NCBI GenBank assembly: GCA_038087875.1
Contig: CM075984.1
Location: 3,162,001-3,226,000 of the forward strand
Length of the DNA: 64,000 bases
Direction of reading: 5' to 3'
Source: Malacoraja senta
Taxonomy: Eukaryota
The position numbers were made by a program, and so were the translations under genes. Below, in pieces: positions 39,301-51,300 of the stretch. Position 1 is the stretch's first letter. Each line of letters starts with the position of its first letter. The notes under the pieces are model-generated. The model worked only from the letters and a program-made list of their open reading frames with translations. It made no database searches and was not told the origin of the DNA.

Positions 39301-42300
39301 ACCTCACATTTACCTATATTATACTGCATCTGCCACGCATCTGCCCACTTACTCAACCTGTCCAGGTCACCCTGCAACCTCCTAACAACCTCTTCACAGT
39401 TCACACTGCCACCCAGCTTTGTGTCATCCACAAACTTGCTAGTGTTGCTCCTAATTCCCTCTTCCAAATCATTAATATATATGGTAAACAGTTGCGGCCC
39501 CAACACCGAGCCTTGCGGCACTCCACTCACCACTGCCTGCCATTCTGAAAAGGACCCGTTCACTCCTACTCTTTGCTTCCGGTCTGCCAACCAATTTTCT
39601 ATCCATGTCAACACCCTACCCCCAATACCATGTGCTCTAATTTTAGTCACCAGTCTCCCGTGCAGGACCTTATCAAAGGCTTTCTGAAAGTCTAGATACA
39701 CTACATCCACTGGCACCCCTTCATCCATTTTACTTGTCACATCCTCAAAAAATTCCAGAAGATTAGTCAAGCATGATTTCCCTTTCATAAATCCATGTTG
39801 ACTTGGACTAATCCTTTTACTGCTATCCAAACGCCCCATTATTACCTCTTTAATAATTGATTCCAGCATCTTTCCCACCACCGAAGTCAGGCTAACTGGT
39901 CTGTAATTCCCCATTTTCTCTCTCGCTCCTTTCTTGAAAAGTGGGATAACATTAGCTATCCTCCAATCCACAGGAACTGATCCTGAATCTATTGAACATT
40001 GGAAAATGATCACCAATGCATCCATTAGCACAGCACAGCCAGAATGTGATAACCAGGAACAGCAGGTGCTGGTTTATACCAAAGACAGACACAAAATGCT
40101 GGAGGAACTCCGGATCAGACAGCATCCTTGGAGAACATGAATAAGACTGAAGAAGGGTTCCAACTGGAAATGTCGCCTATCCATGTTCATCAGCGATGCT
40201 TCCTGACATGCTACCTCAGGTCGCCATTTCCTGCATTCTGAAATTCTCTTTCTAAATACATTTGCCCACCTATTTTTTGCATTTCGTCAAAATGTGTTCA
40301 GTAAAACGTACCGTCAAGCATTCTGTTACCCATCACTCAGCACCTACAGGAATGCACACTCAAATAATGTTGAGGAAACATTTTATGTTATGGTAACATG
40401 TTATATTAGAAGTTCTATTTGTTAATGTGTGTGAATTAGCAATGCTGTATTCTATAATTAATTTACAATTTTTACAGGATGTGTAGGAAGGAACTGCAGG
40501 TGCTAGTTTAAACCAAAGATAGACACAAAAACCTGGAGTAACTCAGTGGGTCAGACAGCATCTCTGGAGAAATGGAATAGGTGATGTTTCGGGTCGAGAC
40601 CCTTCTTCAATCTACAGGCATTAGTTTTCTCATGTCATAGATTATCATTCAGAACAGCAGGTACCTTAGCACTGCAGTAGCATTATTACCACTAAGTTTT
40701 TAAAAACTTTGGAATCGCAATGGCTTTCGAAAATTGTATCATAAAATGAAATGTGAAACTGTAATGAAATAATGAATCGTGGAATGTTTACACAATGGAT
40801 GGTGGCCATTCAGCCCATCCAGCCCAACATGTTTGCCCCCATTCTAAGCAAGAGCAATACTGCTACACCACCCTGTGACCAAAGCTCTACAAATCTATTC
40901 CTCCCAGCCCTTCACTGCACTACACTACAATTGAATCTGCCTCCACTATCCTTGGCAATGTTCTCCAGATTCAAGTCAAGTTGAGTTTATTGTTACATGC
41001 ACAAGTACAATGAGGTACAAGTACAATGAACATTTCGCTTGCAGCAGCATCACGGGCACATACATTCCGACCACCAAAGCGTAAATTATGCATGAATTAC
41101 ACACAAAACTTTGAAAAGAAGCCTGTGCTAAAAGATAAATCTTAAGTGCAATATACGATTAGAAAAGTCCATGGTCATGTAAGAGGTGATCAGTGGTGTT
41201 CAGTTGTCGAGGTAAGATTATGGTTATGCAGGTTGCTTCTTGAAGGAAAGTACTGTAGCTATTCCTGTACCAGGTTGTGTACCACCTGCCCGAAGGGGCA
41301 GTGAGAAAAGTCCATGACCTGGAAGGTGGGTATCTTTGAAGATAGATACCGTCTCGTTGAGGCAACCCCTTACATAGATGCTTTTGATGGAGGGGATGGC
41401 TGTACTTGTGATGGACTGACAGGGCCAAGTCTGACACTCTTTTTTCCCACTTGCTTGCCTGTGCATTGGAATTGCCATATCAGGTCATGATGCCACCAAT
41501 CAGGATACATTCCACAGTACCGCTCCAAAATGTTCTAGTGCTCCTTGGCAAGCTAATTCTCTTTAAACTTCCTGGAAGGTGGGGATGCTAGCCTGCCTTC
41601 TTCATCATTACTACCATTTACAGTACAAAAGAAATGCCTCTCCATTCTGTCAATTTTGGTTCCTTTCCCAGTCACCTGCATCTGACTGCTCTTCTGATCC
41701 CTTTGTGAATGAGCAGATTCCCTCTATCTCTTCTGTCAATACCCTTCATGATCTAAAATACATCCATTATTAGCCTTTCTGGAATCACTTTGTTAAAAAT
41801 CTGTACTGCGCATTTTACATCTGTACTAAAATATACCACCTGGAACTAGACACAATAATCCTATTGTGTAGGAAGGAATTGCAGATACTGGTTTACACCG
41901 AACATAGACACAAAATGCTGGAGTAACTCAGCGAGAGGCAACATCTATGGATGGAAAGGATGGGTGATATTTCGGGCTGAGACCCTTCTTCAGAATGAGA
42001 GTCAGGAGAGAGGGAGACACAGAGATAAGGGAGTGTAATGTGTGAAAATTAGACAAAGGCGATGAGGCTCAAGGAAAATGTGGAATAGATCATTGTTGGC
42101 TCAGGGAAGGTGACAACGAAGCATACAGAGATAAAATTTAATCAAGGGGACAGTCAGACTGGCCGGAGAACCAGGAAAGGGGAGGGATGGAGAGAGAGGA
42201 AAAGCAAGGGTTACTTGAAGTTAGAGAAGTCAATATTCATACCGCTGGGGTGTAAGCTGCCCAAACAAAAAATGAGGTGCTGTTCCTCCAATTTGAGCTG

Positions 42301-45300
42301 GGCCTCGCTCTTACAGTGGAGGCGGCCCAGGACAGAAAGGCCAGTGTCATAATCCAATTAGCAGAGAACCAAAATTTCACAAAGGTTCATTGTGAATTCC
42401 TTCCTCTTGTATGCGATGTCTCTGATTCTAGAGGTTGCACTGTCCAGAACCAGTAAGAAATACAAAAGGACACAAATAGCAGGCATTAAAGGGAAGGGTT
42501 GGTCGATTAGTTGACTGTTGGACACAAAAAGGTATGATTCCATTTGTGAATTTGGATTCAAATGTTTATTTTTAGTGATGTGTAGGAAGGAACTGCAGAT
42601 GCTGGTTTACACCGAAAATAGACACAAAATGCTGGAGTAAATCAGTGGGACAGGCAGCATCTCTGGAGAAAAGGAATGGGTGACATTTTCGGTCTCGAAC
42701 CAAAATGTCACCCATTCCTCCTGTCCAGTGATGCTGCCTGCCCCGCTGAGTTACTCCACCATTTTGTGTTTATTTTATAGATGCTGTTTACGAAAGGTAA
42801 ATCATGTCTGACAAATCTTATAAAAATTTTCGAGGATGTAACTAGTAGAGTGGATAAGAGAGAACCAGTGGATGTGTTATATCTGGACTTTCAGAAGGCT
42901 TTTGACAAGGTCCCACATAAGAGATTAGTATACAAACTTAAAGCACACGGTATTGGGGGTTCAGTATTGATGTGGATAGAGAACTGGCTGGCAGACAGGA
43001 AGCAAAGAGTAGGAGTAAACGGGTCCTTTTCAGAATGGCAGGCAGTGACTAGTGGGGTACCGCAAGGCTCAGTGCTGGGACCCCAGCTATATACAATATA
43101 TATTAATGATTTGGACGAGGGAATTGAATGCAACATCTCCAAGTTTGCAGATGACACGAAGCTGGGGGGCAGTGTTAGCTGTGAGGAGGATGCTAGGAGG
43201 CTGCAAGGTGACTTGGATAGGCTGGGTGAGTGGGCAAATGCATGGCAGATGCAGTATAATGTGGATAAATGTGAGGTTATCCACTTTGGTGGCAAAAACA
43301 GGTAAGTCTATTATCTGAATGGTGGCCGATTAGGAAAAGGGGAGATGCAACGAGACCAGGGTGTCATGGTACACCAGTCATTGAAAGTAGGCATGCAGGT
43401 GCAGCAGGCAGTGAAGAAAGCAAATGGTATGTTAGCATTCATAGCAAAAGGATTTGAGTATAGGAGCAGGGAGGTTCTACTGCAGTTGTACAGGGTCTTG
43501 GTGAGACCACACCTGGAGTATTGCGTACAGTTTTGGTCTCCAAATCTGAGGAAAGACATTCTTGCCATAGAGGGAGTACAGAGAAGGTTCACCAGACTGA
43601 TTCCTGGGATGTCAGGACTTTCATATGAAGAAAGATTTGTTAGACTCGGCTTGTACTCGCTAGAATTTAGAAGATTGAGGGAGGATCTTATAGAAACTTA
43701 CAAAATTCTTAAGGGGTTGGACAAGCTAGATGCAGGAAGATTGTTCCCGATGTTGGGGAAGTCCAGAACAAGGGGTCACAGTTTAAGGATAAAGGGGAAA
43801 TCTTTTAGGACTGAGATGAGAAAAACATTTTTTACACAGAGAGTGGTGAATCTCTGGAATTCTCTGCCACAGAATGTAGTTGAGGCCAGTTCATTGGCTA
43901 TATTTAAGAGGGAGTTAGATGTGGCCCTTGTGGCTAAAGGGATCAGGGGGTATGGAGAGAAGGCAGGTACAGGATACCGAGTTGGATGATCAGCCATGAT
44001 CATATTGAATGGCCTACTCATGCACCTATTTTCTATGTTTCTATGTTTCATTAGTTACAGGTGGAAGGAAAGACATAAGTGATGCTTCAAGAAAAATGTG
44101 TGATTACTGGTTTTACATTCAAATGAAAATTTAGTCGGTTCAATATTACATAATGTTTATCAACAACTGCTGTCATCTTTTGACGCTATCAAAAACTAAA
44201 ATTGTGCTATTGCCAAAGCCGCATTATTAAAGCCACATGCATCAGGAGAAGAAAAATGTAATCAAGCAGCTGGTACAGACGCACAACTACTGGTGCTCTA
44301 GCCACTTGGATTTAATCTTGACCTCAGGGGTTATCTGTGAAGATTTGTACGTATCAATGTTACCGTGTGGGTTTCCCCCAGATGCTCCAATTTCCTCCCA
44401 CGTCCCAAAAGTGTTCAGGTAGGTTAATTGGCATTTGTAAATTTCCAGCAGTGTAGATGGGTGGCATTGGATTTGTGGGCAATTGAGAGGCACATAAAAG
44501 AAATTAATTCACTGGGGAATTGATGGGGGGGGGGGGGGGAATGGGACTGAAGGAAATGCGCTGATTGATGGGCTGAATAGTCCCCTTTCAAGTCACAAGA
44601 GAGCTTAAATATAAAATATATAGAAAGCATATATGAAGCTAATTCCTGTGAAACATTTCAATATTACTCAGAGTATGAACACTCTTGCCATATGATACAT
44701 TCATTCATTCATCATCGTTGAAAACATTAGCGACGCAGTGGTGCAGGTTTCCAACGAGAACGGTGACGGACGCACCACACATCTCTGTCCTCCAGTTCCT
44801 GCGGATTTCTGCCGCTGGAAGTACAGGATTTTGTGCTTTATGTGTGTGCTTTACCATCATTCCGTATAATGCTATGTATGACAGTGATCGCAACTTCTAC
44901 TGAAGTGTGGATGGCCGTTGGCTCACGAGAAGCTCATCTGCCCTTTGACAGGTCTTGTTTTTGGTCCCGCTGGGGTCCACAGCCCCCTCACCTGGCAAAC
45001 CAGGTGGGGGGGGGGAACGGTTTAGTCGCCGACTATCCGACCATGGAGCAGGTAGCACGGGGTTACAGGGTACCCGTGGCGGGGGGAAACTCCCCCCGAC
45101 CTGACCTTAGTATGATACAGAGATCACTTATTGGCATGAATAGTGTGTAACTCAATTATATATATATACACACAAATACATATATATTTGTTACATACTA
45201 TTCATGCCAATAATATAATATAATAGTATTAAATACATATCTATTTCTTTATTCAATAACACAGAAATAAATGAAAACTGTTGAGATTAAGACAGAGCCA

Positions 45301-48300
45301 TTAGTTAACACAATATTTTCTAACACAAATGTAGCAAAACATTTTCACAATTTATGTTTTATGTTGATTGTTTAATTTCATCATATTATAGACATATCTA
45401 TTTCTTTAGTCACTATAACAAATGATAAATATTGAGAGTTTAAGAGAGAGAGAGAGCCATTAGTTAACACATTATTCTCGAACACAAATATGTTTTTGCG
45501 ATTTATATTTTATGTAAAGATTGTTTTATTTCAGTCAGAAACTAAAATATATAGTAGAAATGTATAGAATTTAATTCAAGAAATCAAGCTGGATTCTACC
45601 TGAGAAGTGCTTCATCTTCCTTTCACAATATTGTTCTGCAGTTGGCATCAATTCCATCATCCTCCTTCCCCACTCAGCAATCGGCTTCCCTTGAATAGCG
45701 AATGATGTAAAAACTGCTGTAGAGAAGGTGCCAAGAAACCCTACAATTGAATATATTTAATGTTAATGCTTTGGACAGTACAGTAGACTGAATTCCTACA
45801 GTATTTGAAATTAGAATCGGATTATTCCATGAACTAGTTTCAACACCAAGTTTCCACTGCAGAGTGAATCGTACAATTCTGTTTCATTACAGTATATCAA
45901 AATGGGTGCCACCGTTCAGATATCCACCCGGCTTTCCTTGATGCATGGTTCATACCAGTTAAGTAAATGTACAAAATAACAAATACAAAAATGTAGCAAA
46001 TGGTGTCCATGGCAGAAACAAAGACAACCATTCATAAAACCCTATAGCACGCAAATGTCAACCGTCTCTTCGGCCACATGATCTACCCTCATTTTTTCGT
46101 TTACTATTATTTTTTCCACAGTGAAAACAAGGAAAATACTTGAACCACTAAGAGTCTGAAAGTCATACAGGCCCTTCAGCCCAACTCGAACATGCTGACC
46201 AAAATGCCCCATCCAAACTAGTCCCATTTGCCAAGGCCTGGCGCACATCCTTCTAAACCTTTCCAATGCATATATCTGTCCAAATGTCTTTCAAATATTG
46301 TTATTTTCTTCAGCAGCTTCCTTGGGAAGCTTGATCCATACTGTGAAAAATGTTGTCCCTGTGAAATCTTTCCCCTCTCACCTTACACCCATGTCCTCTG
46401 GTTCTTGATTATGGGTCCGGTAACCCGCCCGAAGGCTCATCACCGGGGTAACCATGAGGAGCTAGAGACGTTGCATATGAGGAGAGTGAGCCAGTGGGAG
46501 GGTAATGCCTCCAGCGCCTTCAAGGTTGGCTGCAGGAGGTGTCCCTGGGACACAAAGATGGCCGGGCGAGGAGAGGAGAGGGACGTTGGTTCGCAGGAAC
46601 TGCTCCAGTACATCGAGCGCACAGGCCGACCGAACTTTGGACTTTGAATAATAGCACCAAAAATGGCAGCGCCCACATGTGTAATATATGCAAAAGGAAT
46701 TTCACTGTCCAGTTGCATCCGTGACAAATAAACACTATTGAACTACTACGGGTAAAAGACTCTATGCATCCACCTTATAGATTTCTTAGCCTGCCCAGCC
46801 TCTAGCTGTAGCTCAGGTCTTAATTTCATGGCAACATCCTTAATGGCATGTTTAAAATGGCAGAGTGACCAAAACAGAACACAATACTCCCGAAATGCAG
46901 TCTTACTAATGTCTTGAAGAACTGTAACATAACAATTTCTTTGTAGTTACCCGACTGATGAAGGCCAACATGCCAAAACCTTCTTCACCACCCTATTTAT
47001 TTGCAATGCCACTTTCAGGGAACTATGTACTTGTACTCCTAATGCCTACAAATTGTACTCCCCAGGGCCAGGTTTACCTTCACAAAATGCAAAATATACA
47101 TTTATCTCCATTTCCCATTCCTTGGCCCAGTTCTCCAGCTGATCAAGATCCTGCTGTAATCCTTGATAATCATCTTCACCGTCGACAATACCACCTACTT
47201 TGGCGTCCTAAGCACACTTCTAATCATGCCCTGTACATTCTCATCGAAATCATTATTATAGATGACAGTACTGAACCCATATTTCATTAGATACTTCATT
47301 TAGTTGAAGATATTATTTTGCCTCTTTCAAGTCAGTCAGTCAGTCAATTTTATTTGTATAGCACATTTTAAAACTACTCACGTTGACTGAAGTGCTGTAA
47401 ATCAGTGCAGATACTAATGTGATGCATACAATGGTACATAGACCTAACAATACATACATAAACTGTTTACAGCGCCCCCTCAGAGGGCCTCAAAAATGCT
47501 GGGGAGTAGAAATAGGTTTTAAGCCTTGATTTAATGGAGTCGATGGAGGGGGCAGTTCTGATGAAGAGGGATGCTGTTCCACAGTCATTTTCACTTTCAA
47601 GTCACTTCCAACTGTCTTATTTGAATTATCCACCAATATATGCACTTAACAAAGAGACACAACCTAAGATCCTGCACACAGAAGAAACTGCAGATGCTGG
47701 AATCTTCAGTAAACCATGAAGTGCTGGAGGACTTCAACAGATCAGGCATCATTTGTGGAGGGAATGTGGGGGGTGAGGAAGGGGGGGGGGGTGAGGGAAT
47801 GAAAGGGAGCAGAACAAACATGGAACATTAGGATCCTTCATCAGACCTGAACCAAAACCTAGTCTATCCATTTCCTCCACAGATGTTGCCTGACCCATTG
47901 AGTTCCTCCAACACTTTGTGCTTTGCACCAAGAACCTTAGTTTCTGATAGTTGATTTAATAACAGTTGGTCCTTGAAACTTAAATGGGTGCAGGGTTAGG
48001 AAGCAAGATCTACATACATCTCTAATGCCAGATTGTGGAATCACATTCTAGATATACAATGTGTAGTATCATTATATAGAAAAGGTAAAAATTAAACAAG
48101 GTAAATTAAACTATAAATAGCTCTGATATTCGTACTATAATAAAGATACACAAAAACACAGGAGAAGTTACAATAAAAATCTATCAGAATGATATTGGCA
48201 AAGTGCATTTATATTTATCAAGGAAGAATAAACAGGCTAGGTATTTTCTCTTGACAAGTACAAGGAGTGTGAGGGATAAGGGATTTGGGAAATTATGAAA

Positions 48301-51300
48301 GCTCAAAACTAATAGATATGAGGATTGTTTCCATTTCAACAAAAGAGCATAACTGGAGGCTGTGATAAACATTCAACTAGGAGTTATTGAAAGATCTTTG
48401 TCAACAGCATAAAAGTGTTTGAGGAAAGATTTATAGATTATTTGTCTAAAAATAAGAGGGAAAAGAAAAAGGCAAGATATTGTACGTATGAAAGGGAGAG
48501 GCGATGACTGTGTTACCTTGACTGAGTTAAGGAAGAAACAGGTTAAATGTTTAAGTAAACCGTAAGCACTGTGATGAGAAATAGGAGCAAATGACTTAGT
48601 TTAGTTTAGAGATACAGCATGGAAACAGGTCCTTCGGCCCACCGAGCCCATCGATCTACACCAGCTCTATCCTACACTTTTGCATCCTACACACTGGGGG
48701 CAATTTACAGAAGCCAATTAACCTACAAACCTGCAAATCTTTGGGATGTGGGAGGTGGAGGCAGGTTCTCTGGATGCTTTCAAGAGAGAGCTAGATAGGG
48801 CTCTTAAAAAATAGCAGAGTCGAAGATATGGGGAGAAGGCAGGAACGGGGTACTGATTGGGGATGATCAGCCATGATCACATTGAATGGCAGTGCTGGCT
48901 CAAAGGGCCGAATGGCCTACTCCTGCACCCATTGTCTATTGAAACCCCACGCGGTCACATGGAGAACGTACAAACTCCATACAGACAGCATCCGTAGTCA
49001 TGAAACCGGGACTCTGGCATTGTAAGTCAACAACTCTACCATTGCACCATTGTGCTGCCCCTGTTACTTTCCTGTACGTTAATACAGTATTATTAACAGC
49101 ATGCTGGGGTCAAGGAAAGAGCGTTCATGTCGTGGCCCTGTTTTCACCAATCTTTCCACCACCAAGCACAAGAAGCACAAGAAGCACAAGACAGACACCA
49201 TTGCATGCAGATGCCGAGCTGTGTGTTCAGCTCTGGCTGAACAACTTCTAATCTTGTATGTGGACTGAATAAGAAGAACAGAATGTTAATACAGTATGTA
49301 TTAAAGTATGTTAATACTGTAGGTTAATTCAAAGTAGAACATATATAAAAATTTAGACCAGAAATACTAAATGTGGGACTGACTCAGTGATACATTGATC
49401 AAAAGTGTTAATATTTTGTTTACTTTATCGTTCCTAATTGTTTCACTTAAGAATGCAGATGATTTACATAAGTAATGTTCTGCTCTTTAAGCGTTCTTCG
49501 TTTTATGGCATTGCACACCTGCTGAAAGCCTAAAGGCTCTGTCTTACGTGTTTGCGGTCATCGGCGGTGAAGCGCGGCTTCGCCTGTAGAGTGGACCGCA
49601 CGGCAACGGCGAGAGCGCCGAGCCTATCCACGGGAGCGCCGCACGGATGCTGCGCGGGGGCCGAGTGATTCAAATACGGCTGGTCCCACGTGCTTGCGGT
49701 AAGTAAAAAAAAGGGCGGGCCGACTGCGATGACGTCGGCCCGCCGCACGTGACTCACTAGCGGCGGCTGTGGCGGCGGCCGTCCTGATCGCGGCGCTGTA
49801 GCGGTGGCTGTGCCTGCGGCCGTGCCGCACACGTGCCTCACTGGCGGAGGCTGTGGCAGTGCAAGTTTGACGCACGGCGCTCGAGCCACACTGGCGGCGG
49901 CCCGTGCGGGCGGCCGTGCCACACTCATGCATCACTGGTGGAGGCTGTGCGGTAGAAAAATATTTTTCAACAGTGTAGGTTTTATTTTAGCACCGTGCGG
50001 TGTTGGGCACGGCCCCGGAATTGTGCGTTCTCACGAGTGCGCGGTCTATGGCGGCAGATTCTTCCCGTTTCGCCGCCAATGACCGCAGACTCGTGAGACA
50101 GGCCTTTAACCATAAGGGCTCTACGCTACAATGTAATGTTTTAGTCAGTAACATGAGAACTGTGATCTGGCTGCCATTCATTGTACTGTGAATGCCATAA
50201 TGAATTCTGTCATGGAACAATACACTTGATGGCCATCCCAGTACAGTTTGGACATTGCATGCATGTTACCTTCCTACACATGCACTTTACCTGCTGGATA
50301 ACGATGTGTCATTTGCCCACATTCAATGCTGGCCTGCAGAAGGTCATTCAGTTGCTCTGCCTTTGAATAGCACATTCCGATGCACATTGTTCTTGCTGCC
50401 GCTCCAAATTTAGGTTCTGTAAATTGACGTGTGACAGAAATAAAGAACAGTACTTCAAATTCCACATGTCCAGTCCACGTCAAAGCAACTAATGCAACAA
50501 GCAACTGAAGAAGGGTCTCGACCCGAAACACCACCTATTCCTTCTCTCCAGAGATGCTGTCTGAACCGCTGAGTTACTCCAGCTTTTTGTGTCTATCTTC
50601 AGTTTAAACCAGCATCTGCAGTTCCTTCCTGCACAACTAAAATAGACAACAGACAATAAACAATAGACAATAGGTGCAGGAGTAGGCCATTCAGCCCTAC
50701 GAGCCAGCACAATATGATCATGGTGATCATCCACAATCAATACCCCATTCCTGCCTTCTCGCCGTATCTCCCGACTCTGCTATCTTTCTCAGCTTTCAAA
50801 AGGAATGTCGACAAGTAGCATCACAAAATTACAGAATGCATCAGATTATTTCCAGTGAATCGTTCAAAATCCACCAAAGCATTCATTGTTACAAATACTA
50901 TAGTCCCAGATAATTCTGAATGTGTTTGATATGTCATTTTTTCACAGTTTCGGGACTGAATTTTTGTCCATAGGAAACCAATGAAAGTAAATAGTTTGTG
51001 CAGGAAGGAACTGCAGATGCTGGTTTAAACCTAAGATAGACACAGCGGATCAGGCAGCATCTCTGGAGAAAAGGAATGGGTGACGTTTTGGGTCGAGACC
51101 CTTCTTCAGACTGAGAGGGCTAAGGGAAACGAGAGATATTTTACGAGATAAATTGCTTACTTTGCTTCTCCCAAAACAACAAAGTCTGAAGATGGGTCTC
51201 GACCCGAAACGTCGCCCATTCCTTCTCGCCATAGATGCTGTCTCACATGCTGAGTTACACCAGCATTTTGTGTCTACCAAAGTATTTTTAATATATCTAT

